From assembly GCF_000143415.4 (NCBI RefSeq), contig NW_003314311.1:1310769-1374768 (forward strand): 64,000 nucleotides of DNA, in the 5' to 3' direction. The notes under the pieces are model-generated. The model ran no database searches, was not told the DNA's origin, and was given only the letters and a program-made list of their open reading frames with translations. Shown here one piece after another: positions 23,866 to 36,680 of the stretch (the first letter of the stretch is position 1; each line of letters starts with the position of its first letter). The translations under genes were made by a program, and so were the position numbers. This DNA comes from Selaginella moellendorffii. Its lineage: Eukaryota > Plantae > Lycopodiophyta.

Positions 23866-26800
23866 ATGCATCAAGGTCGAAAGGATTTGAGCTACTACTT
23901 CAAGGCAGAGAGCGCCGAGGAGGCCGCCGCTGCAATGCCTGGTCCCAGATCTCCAAATTTCTCCGCGGCTGCCAAGCCCGATGCGGCTCTACAGATGGTG
24001 GAGACTCCCAAATCCAAGCAAGCCGAGGTGGAGGTCGCCGAGGACGCGAAGAAAGGAAGAACTCACGAGGTTTGCTCGGTTCCCTTCTACAAGCTCTTCT
24101 ACTTTGCGGATCCACTCGACTACTTGCTCATGTTCTTGGGGACCTTGGGCGCAATGGCCAATGGGTTTGCGATGCCCGCCTTGACAATCGTGTTTGGGCA
24201 GCTCGCGAACGCGTTTGGACAGAATTCCGGTAACATCCACGCCATGGTTCATGAAGTTTCACAGGTATGGGAGTGTGATCTTTCGCTGTGCTGTTTCGTT
24301 GACGAGAAGAAGAACTTTGTCAGGTGGCTTTGCGCTTTGTCTATCTCGGCGGCGCTGCTTCGGTGGCATCTTTTGGTGGTGCGTAAGAGGGATATCTTTG
24401 TTTCGAAAGCCTTTCATTTCTGTTGTTCGTGTTTGCAGAAGTAGCGTTTTGGATTTGCACAGGAGAGCGTCAGGCTGCGAGGATAAGAGGACTGTATCTC
24501 AAGTCCATCTTAAGGCAGGATGTGGCTTTTTTTGACAAAGAAACCACAACTGGAGAAGTTGTTGGTAGGATGTCTGGAGACACTATTCTGATCCAGGAAG
24601 CGATTGGAGAGAAGGTATATCAGATCGAGATATGTTTTGCAGCTGGCTAATTTGACAGCTTTGGCTTGCAGGTCGGGAAGTTTATTCAACTGACGGCTAC
24701 ATTTTTGGGTGGCTTTGCCGTGGCATTTACGAGAGGATGGAAGCTGACTCTTGTCATGCTCTCGGCGTTGCCCCTGATCGTTGCAGCTGGAGGAATGATG
24801 GCCGTTGTGGTTTCTCGGATGTCTAGCAGAGGGCAAGTTGCATATGCAGAAGCTGGAGGCATCGTCGATAGAGTTATCGGTGCAATTCGAACTGTGAGAT
24901 TTTGTTGCCTTCCTTAGCCACCTTTGTCCCGTCTTTAACTTAATAATTTGCGGTCACAGGTAGCATCGTTTACTGGAGAGAAGAGAGCTGTCGAAGACTA
25001 CGATAAAGCGTTAAAGAGAGCGTACAGTGCTGGGGTGCAACAGGGTATCGCAGCTGGCCTGAGCCTGGGGTTTCTTCTGCTGATAGTCTTTTCGAGCTAC
25101 GCGCTGGCTCTTTGGTACGGCTCAAAACTGGTTCTACATGAAGGCTTTTCTGGTGGAAGAGTGATGAACGTGATTTTTGCGGTTCTTACCGGTGGCATGT
25201 AAGTCAGCCTGCTGTACACACGTCGACATTTACTTACACTTCTCATTTCCGTTGCCAGGGCATTGGGTCAAACTTCCCCGTGTCTGAATGCGTTTGCTTC
25301 TGGCCAAGCAGCGGCATATAAGATGTTCGAAGTTATCCACCGTACTCCGGAGATCGATGCTTTCCAATCCTCGGGCAAAGTTCCGGAAAATGTCAAGGGG
25401 GATATCGAATTCCGTCAGGTTGATTTTTCGTATCCATCTCGGCCAGACGTTCAGATATTCTCAAAGTTCTCCTTGGGTATTCCGTCGGGCATGACAACGG
25501 CCCTCGTAGGAGAAAGTGGAAGTGGCAAGTCTACAGTTATAAGCTTGATTGAAAGGTTTTACGACCCACAGGCGGGTGAAATACTGCTGGATGGAACGAA
25601 TCTAAACGAGATACAGCTGAAGTGGCTAAGGCATCAGATTGGTCTCGTCAGTCAAGAGCCAGTTCTTTTCGGCACGTCGATCAAAGAGAACATTGGCTAT
25701 GGAAAAGAAGGAGCAACACTAGATGAGATCCAGAATGCCGCGTACCTTGCGAATGCAGCCAGGTTTATTAACAAGTTGCCACAGGTATACTGCGACGGTG
25801 AAACTTGTGATCGAGTTTTAACGTTTATAAGTTTTGCAGGCTTATGACACTCAGGTCGGGGAGCACGGAGCACAACTATCAGGTGGACAGAAGCAGAGAG
25901 TTGCGATTGCGAGGGCAATTCTTAAAAATCCTCGGATTTTACTGCTGGATGAAGCCACGAGCGCCTTGGATGCCGAGTCTGAGCGTCTCGTGCAAGAAGC
26001 TTTGGATCGTGTAATGACGGACAGGACGACTGTAGTTATAGCCCATAGGCTGACCACGATAAGGAATGCTCATTGCATTGCTGTCGTGCAACACGGAGCA
26101 ATCGTTGAGACGGGTGAGGCAGATGAATTTCTTTTTTCTAGCACTAACACCTTTGTACTGGACTGGATTGCATAGGTACGCACTTTGACCTTGTACAACG
26201 TCCCAATGGTGCCTACTCCCAACTCGTGCATCTGCAAGAGATGCATCAACCTCCGCCCGTAGAGACCACTGAAATTGATCCGGACAGTGTTTTGATTCAA
26301 GAAGATAATCGAAGTCTCAGCCGAGCTGCCAGCCGAAACTCTCCAAGCAGGTGGTCTTTCAGCAAAGCTTCTCCAATCCGGTGGTCATTTAGCAGGTCTT
26401 CGAGTCGAGGGGACGGCCGGCACTCGTTCTCATTGACAAAGTCAGCAAGTGTCAAACAGGCTGATGACAACGATCAGAAGCAGCCGGTTTGCGAGGATAT
26501 TGAGACTGGACGTACGAAGCCGAAGAATATATCCATCTTCAGGCTTGCTACTCTGAACAAGCCGGAAGTTCCGATCGTCTTTGTGGGGTCTCTGGCTGCT
26601 GCTGCAAACGGAGTTATCTTACCCCTGTTCGGGCTTCTTTTGTCAAGCATCATCGGCTCCTTTTTCGAAGTCAACGTACACACGCTGCGGAGGGACGTGA
26701 ACTTCTGGTCGATGATGTTCCTCGTCCTTGCGTGCTCCGCTTTCGTTGTCGCTCCGGCTCAGATACTTTGCTTCTCCGTCGTCGGCAACAGACTAATCCG

Positions 26801-28522
26801 TCGCATCAGAACGCAAATGTTCGAAAAAATCCTCCGGCAAGAGATCTCGTGGTTCGATGCATCTGAAAACTCCAGGTTCGTGGATGCATTCTCTTCTTTC
26901 GGCTCATCAGTGCTTTTCTTTTCTTTCTTTTCGTTTCAGTGGAGCGCTCGGGGCAAGACTGTCCTCTGACGCAGCACATGTTCGAAGTATGGTCGGAGAT
27001 ACGTTGTCTCTGTTCGTGCAGAACGTAGCCACTGTTGCTGCTGGTCTTGTTCTCGCATTTACTGCTAGCTGGCAGCTGGCTCTTCTGGTTCTAGCTCTGG
27101 TGCCCCTGATTGGTCTACAGCATCTTATGCAAGTCAAGTTTGTGCAAGGCTTCAGCGCAGATGCCAAGGTGGGCAGACATTCTCTTTTTCCTTTCCACTC
27201 ATGATATATAGTATCTCGAGTTTTGCAGATAATGTACGAAGAGGCTAGTCAAGTAGCCAGCGAAGCCGTGAGCAGCATCAGAACAGTTGCTTCTTACTGC
27301 GCAGAAGTGAAAGTCATGGACTTGTACAAGGAAAAGTGTAGCCTCCCTTTGATCAACGGTGTGAAGCAGGGGATTATCAGTGGAGTTGCTCTATCCGTTT
27401 CCAACTTTGTGCTTTTCGGATCATATGCCATGAGCTTTTGGTTTGGTTCGCGCCTCGTGGAGAAAGGAGAAACCGACTTCAAGAGAGTGTTTCGGGTAAG
27501 GAGCTGTATCACATATTGTTTCGCGTTCTAACATCGTTTGCATTGCAGGTGTTCTTCGCCATCACAATGAGCTCCGTCGGAATATCTCAGTCCGCCGGCA
27601 TGGCTCCAGACATCGCCAAGGTTAAAACCGCCGTCAACTCCGTCTTTTCTCTCCTGGACCGCAAGTCCAAAGTAGATCCGTTTGACAAGTCAGGAAAGAC
27701 ACTGAAACTAATCAAAGGTGACATAGAGTTCCGCACCGTCTGCTTCAAGTATCCATCCCGGCCGGACGTGGCCATTTTCCAGGACCTGTCGCTACTCATT
27801 CCTGCTGGAAAGGTACCACAATTGCTCGATCTTTCAGAAGAGAAACTTATCTGTTGTTCTCTCAGACTGTAGCACTGGTGGGAGAGAGCGGTAGCGGGAA
27901 GTCGACACTGATATCCTTAGTGGAGCGCTTCTACGAGCCGGACTCTGGCCAAGTTCTCCTGGATGGGATAGACATAAGGAACTTCCAGGTGAAGTGGCTG
28001 AGGCAGCAAATGGGCCTGGTGAGCCAGGAGCCGGTCCTCTTCGACGGCACCATCCGGTGGAACATTGCCTACGGCAAGGAAGGCGCGGTGAGCGACGAGG
28101 AAATCCAGGCCGCCGCCGAGGCATCCAACGCTCACAAGTTCATCTCGGGGCTCCCGGAGGGATACAAGACGAGAGTCGGGGAGAGAGGCGTCCAGCTCTC
28201 GGGTGGCCAGAAGCAGCGAGTAGCGATCGCCCGCGCGATCGTCAAGAACCCGAGGATACTGCTGCTGGACGAGGCGACGAGTGCGCTGGACGCGGAGTCG
28301 GAGCACCTGGTCCAGGAGGCGCTGGACAGGATCAAAGTGAAGCGGACGAGCATTGTCATCGCGCACCGGTTGGCGACGATTGTGAACGCGGACGTGATCG
28401 CGGTGGTGAAGAACGGGGCGATTGTGGAGAGGGGGAAGCATGCCGATCTGATTGGCATCAAAGGTGGCGCTTATGCTTCTCTTGCCAAGCTGCATTTGAC
28501 GGCCGCACCCTCCACGTCGTAG
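23866..28522 (+). CDS. Full-size ABCB (MDR/PGP) transporter, ABCB4/11/21-like, multi-exon; start may instead be ATG 23935
   Basis: TMD-NBD-TMD-NBD order: [27 protein letters not shown], two GESGSGKST Walker A, two [14 protein letters not shown] signatures, two [12 protein letters not shown] Walker B. Confidence 0.92.
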
Positions 28523-29129
28523 AAATATATGAAGCAGCAAAATTATTATAAAATAAAAAAAAGTAATAATTTTACAAAACTGAAAAGAATCACTTAATAT
28601 ACATCAAAGTGTAAACTTCACACTGATGTTTACACAAAAAAAAAATGTTTAAATTTCTAGAATGGATTGAAACATGCAGAATCTTTTAGATTTCTAAGAC
28701 AATTTTGCTGGCACTCTCATATTCACTTTGAGTTTCTATATTCTTTTATGCTTACAATAGAGCAAAAACCAGTGTCTGTTTGGTCTGTATATTTTTGGAT
28801 CAAGGTCTTGGCCTTTGAAGCTATTAAAGTTTTGATGTAATAAATTTTTTATATCGGCTTATTTGTAGCACATGTTCTTATGCATAACCGACCCTCTGTT
28901 CCGGAGGAGGTGTTAATCGGTTTTATATTTCCGATTTATTTCTTTATTTTGTTTGATTTATGCTAAAATGTGAAAGATGATCAGGTCATGATTGGGAGGG
29001 ATGCTGCTAAAAGACTGGATAGTAACTCTGGATTACACTTCCGGAATGTGTAATAGCTTTTTTTTTTTTTTTGGCTTCTGTCTCTTTGGTGATTGGATCA
29101 AATGCTTTGGCAAACATTGGCTGTCAGAG

Positions 29130-29575
29130 TGTTCCATTTGACCTGTCTTGAAATACAGACAAGGGGTCTAAATATGTATCCACGTCTGAATCGTGTGATC
29201 CCCCCATCTGGGGGGATACAGAGCAACCTTGACCTTTTGTGAAGGGTTTGAGTTTGAGCATACCTGTTAGGACCCAAAATTATGTATAAGCAAGGTGAAG
29301 CTAGAGGAAACTCTGGTGGAGGCTTGTAGCAATACTAACGTGCAAATCATTTGTCAGACTCGGGTATAGGGCCAAAAGATTAATCAAACCATCTAGTAAT
29401 TAGTTCCCTCCAAAGTTTCCCTCAGGATAGCTAGAGCTCATCTACAGAGTTTCATCAGGTAAAGCAAATGATTAGAAGCCTTGGGGGCAAAATGCCCTTG
29501 ACCTATTCTCAAACTTCAAATAGGTGAGATGCTCCATTGAACCCTTCCAAGTAGGGCCATTCTTGGTTAAGCAGA
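29130..29575 (+). rRNA. Decayed orphan 28S/25S rRNA gene fragment (domain II), ending at the PLE insertion site
   Basis: Degenerate matches to conserved LSU strings GACCCGTCTTGAAACACGGACCAAGG, GAGGAAACTCTGGTGGAGGC, CCCTCCGAAGTTTCCCTCAGGATAGC, GGTAAAGCGAATGATTAGAGG, CCTATTCTCAAACTTTAAATAGG, GGGCCATTTTTGGTAAGCAG; many C>T/G>A changes. Confidence 0.85.
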
Positions 29576-30706
29576 TCAACTAGGCCATTTTTGGTACTTT
29601 CATCAAGATCATCCATCATCTTGTATCATGGAAGACAAGGATTAGTAATGCAATCTATCTCTTTTTTTTTGTAAAAGTACAAAGTTAGGATTCAAGAATG
29701 AAATGAGATTTGCATGACTAATACTCACTAGCCAATGTACTCAGGCACATGTCCAGGCTGCACATCAGAAATAACTTCCAAAAACTGAATCTAAAGAACA
29801 TGTTTAACTTGATCACTTTCTATTGTTTCATGAATCTAACCATCTGTCCTGTCCTTTTTCTAAGGGGGTGATTAGACATTGGATCAGTTGATCTCATAAG
29901 CGCTACCTAAGCAGAGTCAGTGATTTCCCCTTGCGTCACCATGTTAAGTTCTTGTGCTCTAGCTGTAAAAACTTCCTATAGGCTGAGTGTTTGCTTGGGT
30001 CATTTTGAGCTAGACCCAAGCAAACACTTCGTTGGCACTGCTCATTTTTGTGATGTGCAACAAAGTGGCTATTGATCCTAGTGTGGGCAAAGAATCCACA
30101 TGGCTGTGCTAGCGCACAACCTTGCAGCTGCCCAACCTTGCTTTTTTGTGGATGCGCTCCTGGAGAATGCGGTGGCAGTAGATATAGGTGAGAAACCCTA
30201 GTGTTATGGTCTTTTTTGTCACTTCATACCTTTCGGTGTGAGAAAATCCAACGCTCGCTGCTATGAAGTTGAATAGCTATAGGCTTGTAATTAGGTTTGC
30301 CTAGCTATACAACATGTCTCCCAGAGCAAGATTTTGAAAAGAATCCAAAGTCTTGTTTTTTACCAGGCCACGTCTATTCATATGTCCCATTATCATGTTG
30401 ATGGGATGACAGAGTTTTTGTAAACAAGACTTTTTGTTAAAAAAATCTTATTATCAAACCATGGAGACTATCCCATCTTGGAGGAACTAGAGTTATATTA
30501 CATTTTTCAGTTTTCGAACAAAACACAAACCTAATCAATAGTTTATTTATGCCATTTGTTCCAAGCACAACCAAGGAATTCATGATAAGTTTTAGGAACA
30601 CTTTTTTTTGTTTTTCCAAAAGGGCATAGAATCTAAATTCTATTTTTGTTTCAATAAGATGCCTAAGGAGTAGAATGTGTTGAGTAGATAATAGATTTTC
30701 CTACTC

Positions 30707-31442
30707 TTAGCCTAAGTTTGCCAAGTCGTCAAACTGTGGTGGGTGATTTGCTAGCTCTTTCCAAAGGTCAAAGAGAATGTTAAACATTGCTTGTACTGGT
30801 GTCAATGGGCAGGTTAAAATAATCCAATATAGACTCCATCTTAGTGCAAATCGATGGAATCCATTTGTCACAAAGCACTCAACAAGATTATTGATCTCAA
30901 GGACGACACCACTAATGTTGATCAAATAGAAAAGTGCAAATACTTGTCCCAAAATTACTTTAGATGCATTTGCAATCAAGCGGTTAAAGTTCCGATGGAT
31001 GTACATCAAGATCTGAAATGGAAGTGATCTTCACTTATCACACTTTGTTGTTAAAAAAGTACCATTGACCCATATGATCTACATCTGAATGCTTAAGAAA
31101 TGAGCCGACAGATTCACAAGCAAGCCAGCCATACCAATAAATGGATTATCCATCTTGTTTTGCATGGCGAGGAATTATAGTGGATATATCTAAAATAGAT
31201 TTCCTTCAGACTCAATTTGATTTGGGTTAAGGAAGCAAAGGATAATAAGATTGTTCATTGAAACTAGATTATTCATATACCTAAAGGTGTGTTAAAAAGG
31301 ATAGAGTAAATCATTGTGCAAGTCAAATAAAAAAGTTGTACTCAAAATAGAAGAGATATAGGTTACACCATAAAAGTGAGCATGAGAAGTCCATGGGAAT
31401 TCCTTGGACCTATCTCTATACTTTGTTGCCCAGATGGACATA
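30707..31442 (-). pseudogene. C-terminal part of the old PLE reverse transcriptase
   Basis: MYIHRNFNRLIANASKVILGQVFALFYLIN.. matches the young RT C-terminus; GIPM motif at ~31400; stops and frameshifts. Confidence 0.85.
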
Positions 31443-32589
31443 TGTCGCGAATGTGACTTCGGGTATCGAAAGTTACCTGTCGGCTAGTCCTTACGGACAC
31501 TCTTACCTTACTGCCACGATGGCAGGAGGTCGGTATTGCTGGACCCGTTATCAGTCTCTGCCTAAGCTAGTTGAGAAACTGGTCCTCGCGTGTGCACTTG
31601 ACCAGATGAGCATAAGGACGGAATTCCTACGTGCTATTTGTCAAGCATACTTGACCTGGTTAGAGAAACTCATTCGTTGACTTGCACTTGCTAGTGTTGG
31701 GAACCCCCGCAATATTGAGTTTGGTCCCTCAATATCGCTAGATGATAGCTTACCGTGTCTGCCAAACACCCTCGCTATCATGCCCTTTGTGTTAGTCTCA
31801 TTTCGGTCCCAAATGCTATTTATGGAAAGTGTCCAGATTTGCTCATTTGGTATATCTACGGAATGTAGAGATTGACCTGAACACAATGGTGTTCGTCCCG
31901 TGTCCAAATTCGCAATCGAGGGACATTCCATATTTAGTAAGTTTCGAGCTTGTTCCAGAGACTAACTCCTGATACTAAGGGAGGCTTGGGGTGAAAGCCC
32001 AAAGCGTGTGTTCCTCAAGGGGGGGGGGGGGGCTGTGGGGGGTTCCAAATGTATAGTAGGGATAGTGGGTAGGTTGGGCATGGCCAACCAACCTGAGGCA
32101 TAGTCTAGCTCCCGCTTGCGTGCCTGTCCTTGTTCTGCGTCCGGCTTGGGTCTAAGCCCAAGTTCCATTCCATGCTAGTCGGTGGAGTACCCATATCCTC
32201 ACGTTAGGCCACCGGTATACCGAAATAGCGCCAGACTCCGTTTGGCTCCGTTTTGCATGCTAGTTCTGGCATTGGGATGCTGGTTGCTCCAGGACTGTTC
32301 CAAGTCGCTCCAGGCTCCTGTCCCTTCGCTCCTTGGGCTTCATGCTCGGGAGTTGCTCCGTGGTTCGGTTCTATCACTCCTCGGCTCTATGCTTGGGAGT
32401 TTGGCACCGTTCCTTCGTTCAGTGGCCCAAGGCCCTGAACCTCGGGTTCTTATGGACACGTGGCATGGACACGTGGCATGTGACATGTGGCATCTGTCAC
32501 GTGGCACAAAGAGGGTTTAGGTTCCGCTTCGTGGTGTTATCCTATGGTAAATCACCATGGGATAAAGGGTCAAAACCACGTGCGCTACA
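31443..32589 (+). repeat. 5' LTR (1147 bp)
   Basis: tgtcgcgaatgtg...ccacgtgcgctaca; near-identical to 46466-47280 apart from a ~330-bp block. Confidence 0.92.
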
Positions 32590-32591
32590 TT

Positions 32592-32602
32592 TGGTATCAG
32601 AG
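32592..32602 (+). promoter_or_regulatory. Primer-binding site (initiator tRNA-Met)
   Basis: TGGTATCAGAG immediately after the 5' LTR. Confidence 0.85.
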
Positions 32603-34662
32603 GACGAATCTCAGCGAGTACTATTCAATGAGATTGGGCAACTAGTCTCGTTGCATACGCAGAGATGAAAACGATGATCCGAGTGGGTACACGTTTGGTG
32701 CAAAGGGTTCACATTCGTTCCTTAGGTATGGTTTTGGTTACCTTTTGTACCTAATAATGTGAGCTTGCTCTTGGGCTCATAGGATGGATTTGAGATGTTC
32801 CTTTTGCACGAGTTTGAGCTTGGGCTCGTGAGTGAGGCACATTAGCAACTCGAGGTTACACTTTGAGTTGGCAGGATTAATGTTAGCCTATCGGTGGTTC
32901 CATGAGTTGTTCCTTGTACCGTGGGTAAAAGCAAACTTTCCCTGGGTTTGCTATGAGTGGCAAATAGGCTGGTCCGTAGCTGTTTAGCACAGCACTAGTG
33001 GATCCTTCCTAGGCATGGTTACAAGTGGATCAATCAAGACTATAGGGATGAGTCAATTGATTCAAGTAATTATTGCCGTGCTCTTTCATAAACTTTTCTT
33101 GGATTGGACTAAAGGCAGTGTGAAAGCAAACTTAAAGTTTAGTCAAGATGAGACCGAAAAGAGAGTCATCGGGGACGAAGGATCAAACACGTAAATCATC
33201 TTTTCTTCTTGGAGAGATGATTTGCAACGAGATGTGACTCATTGCTCGTGTTCACAATATGCAATCAAGATTCCCTACCTTGATGCATCTTGGAGATGAT
33301 GGTCTTACAAATGGTGAGTTATGGGATAGATAGTGGTGAAACACTATACCATTTTGTCTAAGCTTGCTATTGGAAAACTTGGGTTGCAATGCTCAATTCT
33401 TTTCCGGGGAACCTTGCTATTGCTCCTTGAGTAGCTTGGTATTGGATTAGTTTTGAGTTTGGTCAGATAGAGAGTGGCATGAGCTTGTCCGTGTTGTGAA
33501 CAAAAGTTAGTGGTGTTGGGTGTTGTAAATCTTTATCGGTGGAGTGTGGCATTTATGTTGCATTTTGTCGAATTGAGTTGGCACTTGATACTCACATAAA
33601 CCTTTGAAGTAATGACATTGGCATTGCTCATGGTGTTGCTCAATTGATGATCAAGTCATTGTGATTTCTATATCATATCCATGTGATAATGAGCAATGTG
33701 TTTACGAAGTTGCTTGGGTAAATGATGATCAACCCTAAAGTGGTTAATGGTGAAGTTAGTCTACTTGCACGAAGTAGCATTGTAGTAGCTTTGACTGGAT
33801 TCTCGATAGTGGTCCATTATGCTAAGTTTAAGTCGGTACCTTGTTTCCTAGGGTTTGCCCATTGAGGTGTTGGAAAAGGGTTGTAGCATTCATTTGCTAT
33901 AACTCATCGGTTGGTCCGTTAACACTTGGAGTAGATTGTTGGATGGAGAAGATGTGTAGTTGAGGCATTGACATCACTAACACTTGTGTTAGTGGAAGTG
34001 GCATTGTTGTTCGAGTGATAAGGAATTTTCTTTAGAACTTGATTTTCCATGTCATTTTTCTTGTTAGTGTTTTAGCTTCACATTGGATCTTGAAGGTGGT
34101 TGAAGAAGAGTGTTAGTGCTATGTGGATATCCGAAGATGTGGTCTTCGTGATCAAGCCTTGGATGTTCCAGTTGCATTTTACAGATGTCGGTGTTGGATG
34201 TCGAAAGAATGGGCAAAAAAAAAAAAAAAAAAAAAAAAAGATGTTCGAAGCTTAAACATACTATAGGTTATGAAAATTTGTGTTGAGGTGATCCTATGTG
34301 AAGTTGTTAGTAGGAGGAAGTTGGTTGAGTCTTAGAAGTTTGTATTTCTAGACTAAGAGTCATTCTTTCTCTAGGATGGAAAATTTTCCACAAATTTTCT
34401 TAGACTTTTCCAATGGCTGATCTGTTGATCATTTTGTCCGAAAACCATTCTGTTTTTGTAAGCCAGTACAAACTAGTGGAGGGGTTGGAGTTGACTTCGG
34501 TTGGCTTAGACCTTAGTAGGTAGTTTGTATGATGCGACCTGAAAGGGATGCTGACTTTTGGGGCTAAGGCAATTGAGTTGGATAGAGTCTGGAGTTGGTG
34601 TAGAAAAGTGGCTATTGCGCTTTTCTGAGAAAGGTGACCCTTGCACCTTTCTTCTGTAGCGT

Positions 34663-34740
34663 TTTAAATAGGTAAAGCAGCCGGGGTTGCTCTGTTGAGC
34701 CCCGGCCGTGAATGCGAGCTCCAAGTGGGCCATTTTTGGT
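34663..34740 (+). rRNA. 28S rRNA fragment, left flank of the young PLE
   Basis: TTTAAATAGGTAA..GAGCTCCAAGTGGGCCATTTTTGGT, conserved LSU domain II sequence. Confidence 0.85.
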
Positions 34741-34867
34741 TAAGCAGATCGACTAGGCCATTTTCGGTACATTCGTCCGAGGCATAGGATCATCCGCCCG
34801 GTACGGTACCGACCACGACCAAAACGATTTCCCTTAACAATTCCTATGTCACCTCCTACGGTTTGGG

Positions 34868-35200
34868 TTTTTCCATGTCCGCCATCCACCGTCGTAGTAG
34901 AGCCTGGTTATCATTGACTCGATCGGTAAGGAGTGTCCAGACTAGGCGCCACCATTCTTTGGTTTCAACCTGCTGGAAGAGGCAGAGGTATCGCTTGTTC
35001 TCGCCAACTGCCTCGGATTCCGGCACCGTGAGCAGCTTGTCCGCAATGTTTTTCTCATATGCAAAAATCTCACGTAAGCGCTCAGGTTTCTTTGCGGCTA
35101 ACAGCAGTAAGAAGTACTGCACTGCCGGGACGGGAGCCACAAAATCATCAGTGTTCGCGTACTCCGTCATCTCGGGTAGCCAGAAATCCTGGAAAACCAC
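34868..35200 (-). pseudogene. Truncated copy of the PLE ORF1 N-terminus (read-through tail)
   Basis: Matches 40105-40437 (..RRWMADMEK), then breaks into the terminal 137-bp segment. Confidence 0.85.
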
Positions 35201-36680
35201 GCATCAGTCCATATCCGGTACGGCGGGAAAGTAGGGATGGATCGCATGGCGTTTTGTATCGGCAGCCAGGTATCACACCCTGGCACGGCTGTCCCTCGCG
35301 GGTATTTTTGGTTAAGCAGATCGACTAGGCCGTTTTCGGTACATTCGTCCGAGGCATAGGATCATCCGCCCGGTAACCCGGTACCGACCACGACCAAAAC
35401 GATTTCCCTTAACAATTCCTATGTCACCTCCTACGGTTTGGGTGTCCGGGGGGTACCTGTATCATGGAAGACGAGGATTAGTAATGCAATCTCCGCTAGC
35501 TCTATCTCTCATTTTGTGAAAGTACGAAGCTAGGTCTCAAAACTGAACTGAGATTTGCACGACTGATGCTCGCGAGCCAATGTACTCAGGTACATGCCCG
35601 GGCCGCACATCAGAAGTGACTTCCAAAGATTAGAGCTAAGGAACATGCTCAACCTGATCGCTATCCGTTGACTCATGGATCTCGCCGTCTGGACCAGTCG
35701 CTGTCATCCCGTCTTTTTTCTAAGCGGATGATTAGAAGCTGGAACAGTCGAGAGTACAAGCACTACCTGGGCAGAGTCAGTAAGAACCCCTTGTGTCGCT
35801 GTGGTGTTTAGTTCCAGCGCTCTGGCCGAGAGGGATTCCTACAGGCCAAGGGTAAAAAACCGCAGCAAAACGAATCGTTTGTACCCGTTTTTGCGTGGCC
35901 AGGAATGCGGAAGTGAGATTCCTCGCGACCTTAGTGGTGGGTGTGAGCTCGTTTTGAGCTATCCCCAAACAAGCACTTCGTTGGCGCTGCTCATTCTTGC
36001 GGTGTGCAACGAAGCGGCTGTTGATCCTGGAGTGGGCGAGAAGTGTGCGTGGTTGTGCTAGCGCACAGCCTTGCAGCGGCCCGAGCTTGCTCTGCTTGTG
36101 GATGCGCTCCTGGAGAATGCGGCGGCGGCGGATGCAAGCGAGAAACCCTAACGTTAGGGTTTTTCCCGTCGCTTCATACCTTTCGGTGTGAGAAAATCCA
36201 GCGCCCGCAGCCATGAAGTCGACTAGCTATAGCTTGTAATTAGGTTTGCCAATCCGTACAGCGTGTTTCTTCGCGCGAGATTCTGTGAGGAATCCAAAGT
36301 TTTGTTTTTTACCATGCCACGTCTACTCATGGATCCCATTAGTTTATTCATGGGAAAACAGAGTTTTCCATAAGTAAGGTTTCCTTTAGAGATTATTTCT
36401 AAGGAAGACCTTGCTGTGATTAAGGCGTGGGATCTGTCTCAGATTGAGAGCACAGCAACTTGTGTTGTTTTTTAATTTTTATCAATCAAAACACAGTTGT
36501 AGTCGAAGGTACGCTTGCGTTTTTTAGTTCAGCGCGTGACCAAGGACAGCATGGTAAGTTTGGGGGAACTAATTCTTTTGTTGTTCACAGTCCAAAACGG
36601 CATAAATATCGAATCTATTATGTTTCGATATGATGCTAGAGTGATGGATAGTCCTGTCTAGAGGACAGAGTTCCTGGTAC

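Noticed and set aside
27834-28551. Antisense and alternative-frame ORFs over the last ABCB exon
   Set aside because: GC-rich codon shadow; no independent motifs.
31393-32668. ORFs inside the LTRs (also 46326-47299)
   Set aside because: Short, no gag/pol motifs, duplicated only because the LTRs are duplicated.
34215-34239. A25 run as a retrocopy or SINE tail
   Set aside because: No TSD or recognisable upstream body; treated as a homopolymer in the LTR internal region.
36554-36590. Plus-strand GTAAGT..CTAAT..CAG intron-like signal antisense to the PLE
   Set aside because: Only 37 nt, no flanking ORF, and not preserved in the old copy.
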